A DNA stretch of 18,682 nt, taken from the NCBI GenBank assembly GCA_031372065.1, contig JANMKN010000177.1, forward strand, positions 1 through 18,682. Reading direction: 5' to 3'. This DNA comes from Abditibacteriaceae bacterium. GTDB lineage: Bacteria > Armatimonadota > Abditibacteriia > Abditibacteriales > Abditibacteriaceae. The notes below the pieces were generated by a model. The model was not told the DNA's origin, ran no database searches, and saw only the letters and a list, made by a program, of their open reading frames with translations. Shown in pieces: positions 6,959-17,000 of this stretch. A program made the position numbers and the translations under genes. Position 1 is the stretch's first letter; each line of letters begins with the position of its first letter.

Positions 6959-9616
6959 ATGAAAAACGCACTCCCTTTTTTGACTTTAGCTTTTAGTGTC
7001 ACAATGGCGCACGCCGGGCAGATTTTTGTGGCGCCGAATGGCAGTGATACCGCGCCCGGAACGCAAAAACAGCCGCTTGCTACGCCAGAGCGGGCGCGCG
7101 ATGTGGCGCGCGAACAAATCAAAGCCGGGCAAAGCGTCGACGTGATTTTGCAAGGCGGCAACTACGAGCTGAAAACGCCTTTGGAACTGAGCGAAGCCGA
7201 TTCGGGCACAAGCGAAAAGCCTGTTCTCTGGCACGCCGCCAAAGGCGCAACCGTGCGCCTGAGTGCCGGACGCACTGTTTCCAACTGGCGCAAAGTTTCC
7301 GACGCGGCAGTGCGCGCAAAATGGGATGCCACCGTGCGTGATCGCGTGTGGGAAAGTGACCTGAAAGCGCAAGGCATCACCGATTACGGCGAAATGAGTG
7401 GTGGTTTCGGCAAAAGCGGCAACACCGGCCTTGAATTGTTCATTGACGATGTGCCGATGCACATTTCGCGCTATCCCAACCAAGGCTTTATCCACGTCAC
7501 CGAAGCGCTGGGCGAATCGCCGATTGATGTGCGCGGCTCCAAAGGCACCAAAGAAGGCATTTTTCGCGCCGATGACCCGCGCATCACACGTTGGAAAGAC
7601 GAAAAAGACGCGCGCGTTTTGGGCTACTGGTTTTGGGATTGGGCCGATGAACGCCAGAAAATCGCTGCCATTGACGGCGATAAAATCACGCTTTCTGCGC
7701 CGTGGCATGGCTACGGCTACCGCAAAGGCCAGTATTTTTACGGCTTCAATTTGCTGGGCGAAATTGACCAGCCCGGCGAATGGTATCTTGACCGCGAGCG
7801 CGGCAAACTCTACGTTTTGCCGCCGACGGACGCCGCGCCCAAACAAGCGATGGTTTCGGTTTTGCCGTCGGTTTTAAACCTCAAAAATGCGAAAAATATC
7901 ACGCTGCAAGGCCTCGTTTTTGAAGGCGCGCGCGATAACGCCGTTACGCTCACTAATTGCGAAAATGTGCAGATTAACGCTTGCACAATTCGCAACAGCG
8001 GCAAATGGGCCGCGCGCGTGGACGGTGGCAAAAACTGCACGATTCGCGGCTGCGAAATCACCGGATTGGGCGATGGCGGCGTGAACTTAAGTGGCGGAGA
8101 TCGCGCCACGCTAACACCCGCCAATCACGTTGTCGAAAACTGCCACATCTACAAATACAGCCGCTGGGACAGGACTTATCAAGCGGGCATTAGTTTGAAT
8201 GGCGTCGGCTGCCGTGCGCTGCATAACCTCATTCACGACGCGCCGCATCAGGCGATGAATTTGGGCGGCAACGATCACGTTGTCGAATACAACGAAATTC
8301 ACAACGTCTGCGAAGAAACCAATGACGCCGGCGCGCTTTATGGCTGGAACGATTGGTCGGCGCGCGGCAACAAAATTCGCTTCAACTATTTTCATCACAT
8401 TTACGGGCGCGAAGCCGAAGGCGCCAACGGCGTTTATTTGGATGATAATTTCTCGTCGGCGACGATTGAAGGCAATGTTTTCGAGCAGACGCAGCGCCCG
8501 ATTCATTTGGGCGGCGGGCGCGATCATCAGGTGCTAAACAACTTGTTTATTGATTGCAAAAAAGCCCTGCACATAGACGCGCGCGGTTTGGGCTGGCGCG
8601 CTTATGGCTTCGACGAATTGAAGCAAAAACTCGAACAATGGCCCTACAAAACGCCGCCGTGGAGCGTGCGTTATCCCGAATTGCTGACGCTTTTGCAAGA
8701 CGAACCGATGGCACCCAAAGGCGTTGTCGTGGCGCGCAATATCTTCATTGATTCGGAGTGGGACGACATCGAAGGCAAGGCCAAACCCTATGTCAAGATG
8801 GAAAATAACCTGCTCGAAGCGCCGCGCTCGCTGCTCCAAAAAGGCGCGGTGCCGAATGTAAATTTCAACGAAACCGTGAAAAAAATCGGCTTTCAACCGC
8901 TTCCCGGCGGGCAAATCGGCCTTGTCAAAAGCCCTGAACGCGTTTTGTGGCCTGTTTCGCACACGATTACTTATATGACATGGCCGCAAGGCGGCGGCGA
9001 TGGCGTTAAGCCGCGTTCCGAGCCGCCCTTGGCTGTGGCGCGCGTGACCAAAGCGCCGAAAATTGATGGCGTAATTTCGCCCGACGAATACGGGGGCGTG
9101 ACGCTCTCTTTGGCCGAAACGCCCAGCCGCGACAAACTCAAAAACGCGCCGGGCATCGCCCGCCTTTCGCATGATGGCAAGCGCCTTTATGTGGCCGTTA
9201 CCATTCCGCTCAAACAGCCCGCGAAGATTTCCGGCGCGGGCACTTGGGGCAGTGCTGACGCGGTGGAAGTGGTTTTGCGTCGTCAGGGCGCGCAAGGCAA
9301 ACCGCCCGGCGCGACTTTCGTTTTGCAAGGCTTCGCCGATGGCCGCCTTCTGCTTTCGCCCGATGCAGGCGCGCCGCAGGAGGCGATTGCGAAATTAAAA
9401 CAAGGCGCGAGTTTCGCCGCGAAAACGAATGCCGATTCGTGGACAGGCGAATGGTCAATTCCCTTGGCCGAGGCGGGCGTTACCTTTCAACCTCAGACAA
9501 TTTTAGGCTTCAATATCGGCGCGCGGCGCTTGGAAGCGGATGATTGGCTCGTCTGGACAGGCACAGGCCGCGAAAACTGGCGACTCGAAGGCGCAGGCCG
9601 CCTTGTTTTGGATTAA
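6959..9616 (+). CDS. Secreted right-handed parallel beta-helix protein (GH141-like/pectin-lyase fold) with a C-terminal CBM9-like domain, 885 aa
   Basis: Signal peptide. IFVAPNGSDTAPGTQKQPLAT, NLLGEIDQPGEWYLD, GDRATLTPANHVVENCHI, HNLIHDAPH, NDHVVEYNEIHNVCEETNDAGALY, GVYLDD, GGGRDHQVLNNLF. C-terminus APKIDG...DGKRLYVAV...DAVEV...EWSIPL...GFNI resembles the CBM9/DOMON-like sugar-binding fold. Confidence 0.82.
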   Translation: MKNALPFLTLAFSVTMAHAGQIFVAPNGSDTAPGTQKQPLATPERARDVAREQIKAGQSVDVILQGGNYELKTPLELSEADSGTSEKPVLWHAAKGATVRLSAGRTVSNWRKVSDAAVRAKWDATVRDRVWESDLKAQGITDYGEMSGGFGKSGNTGLELFIDDVPMHISRYPNQGFIHVTEALGESPIDVRGSKGTKEGIFRADDPRITRWKDEKDARVLGYWFWDWADERQKIAAIDGDKITLSAPWHGYGYRKGQYFYGFNLLGEIDQPGEWYLDRERGKLYVLPPTDAAPKQAMVSVLPSVLNLKNAKNITLQGLVFEGARDNAVTLTNCENVQINACTIRNSGKWAARVDGGKNCTIRGCEITGLGDGGVNLSGGDRATLTPANHVVENCHIYKYSRWDRTYQAGISLNGVGCRALHNLIHDAPHQAMNLGGNDHVVEYNEIHNVCEETNDAGALYGWNDWSARGNKIRFNYFHHIYGREAEGANGVYLDDNFSSATIEGNVFEQTQRPIHLGGGRDHQVLNNLFIDCKKALHIDARGLGWRAYGFDELKQKLEQWPYKTPPWSVRYPELLTLLQDEPMAPKGVVVARNIFIDSEWDDIEGKAKPYVKMENNLLEAPRSLLQKGAVPNVNFNETVKKIGFQPLPGGQIGLVKSPERVLWPVSHTITYMTWPQGGGDGVKPRSEPPLAVARVTKAPKIDGVISPDEYGGVTLSLAETPSRDKLKNAPGIARLSHDGKRLYVAVTIPLKQPAKISGAGTWGSADAVEVVLRRQGAQGKPPGATFVLQGFADGRLLLSPDAGAPQEAIAKLKQGASFAAKTNADSWTGEWSIPLAEAGVTFQPQTILGFNIGARRLEADDWLVWTGTGRENWRLEGAGRLVLD

Positions 9617-9646
9617 TTCGCGCCGCTACGTTTCTGCTGCGTATTT

Positions 9647-10240
9647 TTAGTTGATGTTTAATCGGCGCCTGATTTCGGGTGCGACTTCGTAGACGCGCTC
9701 TTTAGGCAACAAAGCGGAGGCTTTGGAAGCCTGACCATTTTGTAGCAACTTATGAATTTTGCGCACTTGTGGCGTAAGGTCTTTGATGCTTTGCACCCAT
9801 TCGTTGACATAACGCTCAATCAAATGGCGGCTGATGCCAATTTGAATGCTGTTGTAACCCAAATCCGCGCCGCGTAGTGAACGTTCGGGATCCCATTGCA
9901 CATGAACGGGCGCATTTTCAAACTCTTCGCGCCAAATTTGAGCATTGCGATGCGCGCTTGGGACAAAACTCGTTAGCACACCGCGTGATAATGCTTCGTC
10001 CCAACCGGCGCGGCTGAGGCGCACTTTGAGAATGCACTCCTGCCCACTTTTCTGTGCCCAATTGCTGCGCTCCATCAGCTACAAAAAAGAAGATTTAATC
10101 CACGTCATGCGAGTGAACGAAAACGGCGCCACAAAACGTCCTGCCTCAATCGCGGCATTGGCAATCGCGGGCGAAAACGCCTGATAAACCACAAGACTAC
10201 GCGCATCATAATCGGCGCGAATTTCGTTAAGTTGCGGCAT
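9647..10240 (-). pseudogene. DUF4291 family gene interrupted by an in-frame TAG
   Basis: From ATG at 10240: [67 protein letters not shown]...VHVQWDPERSLRG...SIQIGI. The family motif is RMTWIKPSFLW(M/L)MxRSxW; TAG (10079-10081) replaces the Trp codon. The frame is unchanged across the stop (594 nt in total). Confidence 0.85.
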
Positions 10241-10243
10241 GAT

Positions 10244-10807
10244 TCAAGGCTTATCTTCGTAACTGAGAATCCGCTCGTATTCTTCTTGGTCGGTGATAAT
10301 CAGGCGATCACGTTTGATGCGATACCACGACTCAAACCACTCTATATCTGGCGAAAACCCAACGAAGGGCCAATTACGAAACTCACTCCACGGCAACACG
10401 AAAAAGCCCGGCCAAGGGCCATAAGTTACCAATTTTATTCGCTCTGTAATTTCAGGCTTATCCTTCCTTTTCATTTCAACGTAGGCAAATGGACGTTCCA
10501 CGCGAGTTTCATATTCATCTAACAACTGAAAGAAGACTTTGAAACCTTCATCTTCATCGGGATAACGTTCCAAAATCATGTTTTTCCAACCTTTTACAGA
10601 GTCGGTAAATTCCAAGCGATACGCTACCCAATCGAAAAACTCGTAAGGTAGCAAACGAGATTCTTTGTTTGAAAATTCGTTTAGCATCGCGAAGTTGTAA
10701 CCATTTATAAAATGAAATAAGGCTGTCAGCCAAGGCCCTTCTCCCAAATACATTCCCGGCTTTTCACGAAACATTGGTTCTTTTAAGAGGTTGTAGGGTT
10801 TTTTCAT
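10244..10807 (-). CDS. Hypothetical protein, 187 aa, aromatic-rich, AT-rich coding sequence
   Basis: GGAG Shine-Dalgarno before ATG. 20 bp downstream of the glnE stop and 3 bp upstream of the DUF4291 start. N-terminal region KPGMYLG...LFHFINGY...FFDWV...GWKNMI...FFQLLDEY resembles a widespread small uncharacterised helical family. Confidence 0.75.
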   Translation of the reverse strand: MKKPYNLLKEPMFREKPGMYLGEGPWLTALFHFINGYNFAMLNEFSNKESRLLPYEFFDWVAYRLEFTDSVKGWKNMILERYPDEDEGFKVFFQLLDEYETRVERPFAYVEMKRKDKPEITERIKLVTYGPWPGFFVLPWSEFRNWPFVGFSPDIEWFESWYRIKRDRLIITDQEEYERILSYEDKP

Positions 10808-10827
10808 GATGCTTCTCCAAAATCAAT

Positions 10828-13800
10828 TTACAACTCATCGCGCACGCGTTCCATGACGGCGCGGGATTTTTGCGTGAAGCTGTGCCATTGTTCGCTGAAT
10901 TTTTCCTCGGCGACTTTGGTTGGCTCGTCGGGAAAAACGGCGCGCGACCACGCGGCGAATTCGCGGGTGCCGCTGCGCGCGGCGTGGCCGCCGTGTTCTT
11001 GGGTGAGTTGCAACCGCAGTTCGGCGCGGCGCAAAAACGTGTGAGCGTCGAGTAGGGCGGTCTTTTCATCTTCGTTCAAAAAACCGCCTTCGCGTGCGGC
11101 GCGAATTTGACCGCGCGTGTTGGGCGTTTGCAGAAAACCAAAGGCCGCGCCGTGTTTTAAGGCCAGCCATTGCGCGCACCATTCGATGTCGCTCAGAGCG
11201 CCAGAGCCGAGTTTTACATCGAATAATTCGCCGCTGCCTTTGCCGGTGGCTTTGGCGCTTTTGCCGCCGCGTTCGGTTTCGACGCGATTTTTAATGTGCC
11301 TCAACTCATCGCTCCAGCCAGCGCGCCAGAGGGCAGGAAAGGCAACGTGTCGCGTGGCGGCCAAAAGCGTGGCCCCGATTTCGGCATCGCCCGCCGCGTA
11401 GCGGGCGCGCGTTAAGGCTTGTCGTTCCCAAACCGCGAGGCCGGTTGTTTCGTTTTCAAAATACTCGTGAAACGCCGAGAGCGGCAAGGCCAAGGCGCCG
11501 CTTTGTCCGTGCGGACGCAGGCGCGCGTCCACTTCGAAACAAGTGCCGTCTTCGGTGGGTTCGTTCATCCATTTCATAATTTCGCGCGCCCAATTGACAG
11601 CGGTTTCGCCCATGCCGGGCCACGGATTTGGCGCCTCATAAGCGAAAATTACGTCGCAGTCGGACGCGTAATGCATTTCGCCGCCGCCCAGTTTGCCCAT
11701 GCCCAAAACGGCAAAACGCAAGCGGTCAGAATGAGGGCGCAAATTCACGCCCGCTTCTTCAGTGGACAAGTTCAAACAGGCCCGCGCAAGGTCGGCGATT
11801 TCGGCGGTGATTTCGTGCGGCGCCGCGCCGATTGCCAAGTCGCGTAGCGCAATGCGCAACATTTCACGCTTTTTCCAGCGGCGCAGGGCAGATTTGCGAT
11901 CACGAAAGGCCAGACAATAACTGCGGCAATCGCCCCACGCTTGTTGCCACGATTTTGGCTCGGCCAAAAGTGGGCGTTGCGCGGCCAAATCAAGCAGTTC
12001 GGGCTGCGAAATCAAAGTGTCGGCCACCAAAGAAGCGCCGCCCAAAATCGCAAGCACCGCGCGGGTGAATTCGGGCGCCTCGCCCAAAGCGCGCAGCAGC
12101 GAAAGACGATTGCCGGAGGCATCACACAAGCGTTCGAGATTGGTCAAGGCGCGTTCGGGATTGGCGGCGTGATCCAGATGATTTAAAACCGGCGGCAAAG
12201 CCGCTGCGATCTGCCTCGCCAAAGGTGCAGGAAATGGGCGCGTGGGCGAGCCATGCGCGATGCGGTCAAGTCGCTTCGCTTCCGTCAGCAGAAGGCCGGA
12301 AGCGGGAGGCTGTGAACTGCCGCCTGCGTCCTGTCTCCTGCCTCCCGCTTCCACTTCTTGCCAGCCCCAAAATAATCGTTCGCACAAGGCGCGAATTTCA
12401 CTGCGATAACGGGCTAAATCTTCGGCCATGCGCTCGGCAGCGGACGCGGTGCGAGATGAATAACCTAATCGCCGCGCTAAGGCGGCGCGTTCGTGTTCGG
12501 CGGCGGGCAAAGTGCGAATGGCGCGTTCGTCAAGCAATTGCAAACGATGTTCGATAGCGCGAAAAAACAAATAGCCATCGCAGAGTTCGCGCGCTTCGCG
12601 CTGGGTAAGCGCGCTGAAATCTTCCAAGGCGCGCAAGGCACTTAGTGTATCGGGCACACGGGCGCGCGGATGATCGGGGCCGACCATCATTTGCAGTTGC
12701 TGCACCACCCATTCGGCGTCGCGAATGGCGCCCGGCCCTTGCTTGACGTTGGTTTCGTCGCTGCCTTCGGGCGTGGCTTCGGAGCGCTTTTTCATTTCCA
12801 CAACGGCGCGCAAATGCGAATCGTCGGGGCGCTTGGCCCAAGTGATGCCTTTGGTGAACTTGCGAAAGCGTCGCGCGAGTTTGGCATCGCCCGCAAGGGC
12901 GCGGCATTTGATGAGTGCCTGCCATTCCCACGCGGCGGCGAAGCTTTCGTAATAGCCCAAAGCGTAGCCCATTGGCGTGACCAGCGGCCCAGCGGCGCCT
13001 TCGGGACGCAATCGCATATCCACACGATACATCGCGCCCGCTGCTGTGGTGGCGTTGAGTTCTTTGAAGAGTGCTTCGCCTAACTCGCGCGCAGTGTTTT
13101 GATCACCTTCGGCAATGAAAATCAAATCGAGGTCTGACCAGTAATTGAGTTCGCGCGCACCGAGTTTCCCCATGCCCAAGACGGCGAAATTTTGCGTATC
13201 GAATTCATCACTTAAAACTTCGAGCGCGCTTTGCACAATGACTTGCGCGAGATCGGAAATTTGCCGCACCACAAGTGTGAAATCTTCGCTTTTGCGCCAC
13301 GTTTGGCGGTCTAAATCGAGAATTCCGATGCGAAAACTTTGTGCGCGACGAAAACGGCGCAGGGCGTCCATTTTTTCAGTGCGCGTGGCGCTATTTTGCA
13401 TCGCTCCGCGCGCCAAAAGGCGCAATTGCGGGCGCGAAACAGGTTTCGCTTTGTGGCGCAGCACTTCTAATAATTCGGTTTGGCGTTCCAATGTGTCGGC
13501 CAAAGATTGAGAAAAACCGAGCAATTTGCACAAACGATGGCGCAGCGTGGCGTGCGCTTGCAATTCGGCGAAAAAAGCCGCTTTATCGCCCATGTTGTCG
13601 GCCAAACGCGAAAAGTTGAGCAAGGCGCGAAACGGGTCGGCGCTGCTGGAGAAATCGTGCAGCAAAGCATCCATTACAACGAGCAAAGCTGCGCGTTCGT
13701 CTTCGGGGCGCGCCAAAGATTCGATGATTTGCAAGGCGCGGCGCGTGGAAATCTGCGCTTCAAGTGCGGGCGCGGCGCCCCATTTTTTCTTTTTGATAAC

Positions 13801-13899
13801 GGGCTTGATGCGCTCGAACAAGCCCAAACGCAAAAGTAAGGCGCTTAACGCGGCTTCGTCTTGCGGAGTTGTTTGCCAAAGAGTTGAGAAATTGAGCAT
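10828..13899 (-). CDS. glnE: Bifunctional glutamine synthetase adenylyltransferase/adenylyl-removing enzyme, 1023 aa
   Basis: Two homologous nucleotidyltransferase halves: GMGKLGARELNYWSDLDLIF...YRVDMRLRPEGAAGPLV...WEWQALIKCR...NVKQGPGAIRDAEWVVQ and GMGKLGGGEMHYASDCDVIF...EVDARLRPHGQSGALA...WERQALTRAR...DVKLGSGALSDIEWCAQ. Confidence 0.93.
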   Translation of the reverse strand: MLNFSTLWQTTPQDEAALSALLLRLGLFERIKPVIKKKKWGAAPALEAQISTRRALQIIESLARPEDERAALLVVMDALLHDFSSSADPFRALLNFSRLADNMGDKAAFFAELQAHATLRHRLCKLLGFSQSLADTLERQTELLEVLRHKAKPVSRPQLRLLARGAMQNSATRTEKMDALRRFRRAQSFRIGILDLDRQTWRKSEDFTLVVRQISDLAQVIVQSALEVLSDEFDTQNFAVLGMGKLGARELNYWSDLDLIFIAEGDQNTARELGEALFKELNATTAAGAMYRVDMRLRPEGAAGPLVTPMGYALGYYESFAAAWEWQALIKCRALAGDAKLARRFRKFTKGITWAKRPDDSHLRAVVEMKKRSEATPEGSDETNVKQGPGAIRDAEWVVQQLQMMVGPDHPRARVPDTLSALRALEDFSALTQREARELCDGYLFFRAIEHRLQLLDERAIRTLPAAEHERAALARRLGYSSRTASAAERMAEDLARYRSEIRALCERLFWGWQEVEAGGRRQDAGGSSQPPASGLLLTEAKRLDRIAHGSPTRPFPAPLARQIAAALPPVLNHLDHAANPERALTNLERLCDASGNRLSLLRALGEAPEFTRAVLAILGGASLVADTLISQPELLDLAAQRPLLAEPKSWQQAWGDCRSYCLAFRDRKSALRRWKKREMLRIALRDLAIGAAPHEITAEIADLARACLNLSTEEAGVNLRPHSDRLRFAVLGMGKLGGGEMHYASDCDVIFAYEAPNPWPGMGETAVNWAREIMKWMNEPTEDGTCFEVDARLRPHGQSGALALPLSAFHEYFENETTGLAVWERQALTRARYAAGDAEIGATLLAATRHVAFPALWRAGWSDELRHIKNRVETERGGKSAKATGKGSGELFDVKLGSGALSDIEWCAQWLALKHGAAFGFLQTPNTRGQIRAAREGGFLNEDEKTALLDAHTFLRRAELRLQLTQEHGGHAARSGTREFAAWSRAVFPDEPTKVAEEKFSEQWHSFTQKSRAVMERVRDEL
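12288..12352. repeat. Heptamer-repeat palindromic element lying in frame within glnE
   Basis: Perfect 13-bp inverted repeat GGAAGCGGGAGGC (12298-12310) / GCCTCCCGCTTCC (12340-12352). Tandem heptamers CTGCCGC CTGCGTC CTGTCTC CTGCCTC CCGCTTC (12317-12351). Encodes EAGGRRQDAGGSSQPPASGLL. Confidence 0.7.
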
Positions 13900-14006
13900 A
13901 TGACTTTTAGTGTTCAGGCATCGGGCGGCAATTTGCCGCGTCGGGCGCGGACAATTTTTGTAAAATTCTCCGTAACTCCCTTTCGTTGCAGGTTTTCTTC
14001 ATCTCC

Positions 14007-17000
14007 ATGACATTAAGACTCAAAACTCTGCTGTTTACAGGCGCCACTTTGTTGGCGCTGGTCGCTGTGCTGTTCAGAATTGCTTCGACGGCTTTGGTGG
14101 GCAATTTGGACAGCGCTGAAACGGAAAACGCCCATCAGTCTATGGCGACGGCAGTGACCGCCCTCACGCAGGAAGCCGATCAATTCCGCGATCAAGTGGC
14201 GATTCTTTCAGCTTCGGACGCGGCCTATCAGTTTGTCCTTGATGGCAATCCAAAATTCAAAGATTCCAATCTGGCAACCGGCGCGATGGAAACGCTTGGT
14301 GTTAATTTCATAGCGTTTTTAGACAGCAATGAGCGTGTGATTTACGCGACGGGTTTCGATAGTCAGACCAAACAAAAAACTCTCGTTCCTCCTGAATTGC
14401 AAGAGCATTTGAAAAGCGGTGACCCGCTTTTAAAGCACGCCACAAAGGAAGATAGCCACTCTGGTTTATTTGTGACGAGTCGTGGCGCCCTGTTTTTGGC
14501 TTCGCGTCCCATTTTGAATAGCCAAAAACAAGGCCCGATTCGCGGCACGATGATCGCCGGGCGCGATTTGGATGCCCGCAGCCTGAACCAACTCAATACC
14601 ACTACTCATTTGAATCTCACCGTCATGCCCGCGAAAAACAAAATGCCGCGCGATTTCGTGGAAGCAAAAACGGCAATTCAACGCAGCAAACCGGCGAATG
14701 TCGAAGACAGCGAGCAAAGCGATGGTGAGCGCGCGGCTTTTAATCAATATGTGCGCTCCTTGGACGCTGATGATCTGGCCGCGTATGCGTTATTAAAGGA
14801 TGTTTATGACGAACCGGCCTTGATGATGCGCGCCACCATGACCCGCCGCAATGCGGAAGCGAACAAATCAAATCTGGCCTATTTGCTTTCGGCGGTTGCC
14901 GTGGTCGGGCTGGTTTTTGCGGCGGTTACGATGCTGATGTTGGAAAAGTTGGTGTTATCCCGCTTGGCGCGTTTTAGTGATGATGTGGAAGCCATCGGCC
15001 AAAGCCATGATATATCGCGGCGCCTCAACACCAAAGGACGCGATGAACTTTCCAAAGCGGCGCAGGCCATCAATGCGATGTTAGCCGACATCGAGAAATA
15101 CGAAAAAGATCAAGAGAAAAACGCCGAACAGATGCGCCGCGCCAAAGAAATGGCGGAAAGTGCCAGCCGCACCAAAAGCGCGTTTTTAGCCAGCATGAGC
15201 CACGAAATTCGCACGCCGATGAACGCCATTATCGGCATGAGCGGCTTGCTTCTCAACACTGAACTTGATGGCGATCAAAAAGAATGTGGCGAAATTATTC
15301 GCAACAGCGCCGATGCGCTGCTTACGATTATCAACGACATTTTGGACTTTTCCAAAATCGAAGCCGGACGCATGGAATTGGAAAATCATCCTTTTGATTT
15401 GCGCAATTGCATCGAATCGGCGTTCGACTTAGTCGCCACCAAAGGCGCCGAAAAAGGCCTCGAAATGGCCTATGTGTGGGACGAGAACGCCCCGCACGCC
15501 GTCATGGGCGACATCACGCGCTTGCGGCAGATTCTCATTAATTTGCTGACCAACGCCGTGAAATTTACCCTGCAAGGCGAAGTGGTTTTGAACATCAAAT
15601 CGCGTTGCATAGATGGCGCGGGAGAAGGCAGAGAATGCGGCTCGAAAGAAGAAGGCAACTACGAAATTCATTTCGCCGTAAAAGATACTGGCATCGGCAT
15701 TCCGGCTGACCGCATGGATCGCTTGTTCAAATCGTTTAGTCAGGTGGACGCGTCCAACACGCGCAAATTTGGCGGCACCGGCTTGGGTTTGACCATCGCC
15801 AAGCGCCTCGCGGAGATCATGAACGGCAAAATGTGGGTCGAAAGCGAAGGCGACGGCAAAGGTTCGACGTTTCATTTTACGATTCAAGCCGAAGCAGTGC
15901 CGATGCTCCAGCGCCGTTCTCGTTTGCAGGGCAATCAACCGGCGCTCGAAGGCAAACGCGTTCTCATCGTGGACGACACGGCGACGAATCGCCGCATTTT
16001 TAATTTGCAATTTGAATCGTGGGGCATGATGACGCGCGATACCGAATCGGCGCTTGAAGCGCTCGAATGGATCAAGCGCGGCGACCCCTTCGATGTGGCC
16101 GTTCTCGATATGCAAATGCCCGAAATGGACGGCGTGACGCTGGCACTGGAAATCCGCAAGCATCGCCCGGAAGAAGTTTTGCCGCTCGTCATGGCGACTT
16201 CGATTAGCCGCCGTATGTCCGAAACCGATATGGTCAATTGGGCGGCGTTTTTGACCAAACCAGTCAAGCAATCGCAAATGTTCGATGTGATGGCGCGCTT
16301 GTTCTGCGACGATGCCGAAATCGAAACATTTGATACCAAAAAAATCGAATTCGACAAAGAAATGGGCAAGCAATGGCCGCTGCGCATTTTGCTGGTCGAA
16401 GACAACGCGGTAAACCAAAAATTAGCGATTCGCTTGCTTGACCAAATGGGCTATCGCGCCGATATTGCCGGCAACGGCCTTGAAGCGATTGAAGCGCTTG
16501 AACGCCAAACTTATGATGTGGCGCTGATGGACGTGCAAATGCCGGAAATGGACGGTCTCGAAGCCTCGCGGCACATTTGCGCGCGTTGGAAGCGCGACGA
16601 ACGCCCGCGCATTGTCGCCATGACCGCCAACGCCATGCAAGGTGACCGCGAAATGTGCCTCGAAGCGGGCATGGACGATTATCTCAGCAAGCCCATTCAC
16701 ACCGAAGACTTAGTCACCGCCCTGCGCCATTGCCGCCCGCGTCATAAGGCCAAAGACACGGTTAAAGACAATCACGACAAAGCTCTCGGCGAGAACGACA
16801 ATGGTCTGTGCGAGAACAACAAGAGCCTCGGCGAGAACGACAAGAGTCTCGGCGAGGACAACAAGAGTCTCGGCGAAGACAACAAGAGTCTCGGCGAGAA
16901 CGACAAAGGTCTGGGCGAGAACAACAAGAGCCTCGGCGATAACGACAATGGTCTGGGCAGTAACGACAAAGGTCTCGGCGACAACGCTTCCCGTCAAGAC

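Noticed and set aside
6986..9328. Long antisense ORFs (286, 138 and 264 aa), and similar ones at 15429-16418 and 17707-18558
   Set aside because: Shadow ORFs opposite well-supported genes in GC-rich DNA, with no recognisable motifs.
9647..10075. Intact 142-aa protein as given in the ORF track
   Set aside because: It is only the C-terminal part of DUF4291. The conserved N-terminal part lies in frame upstream of the TAG.
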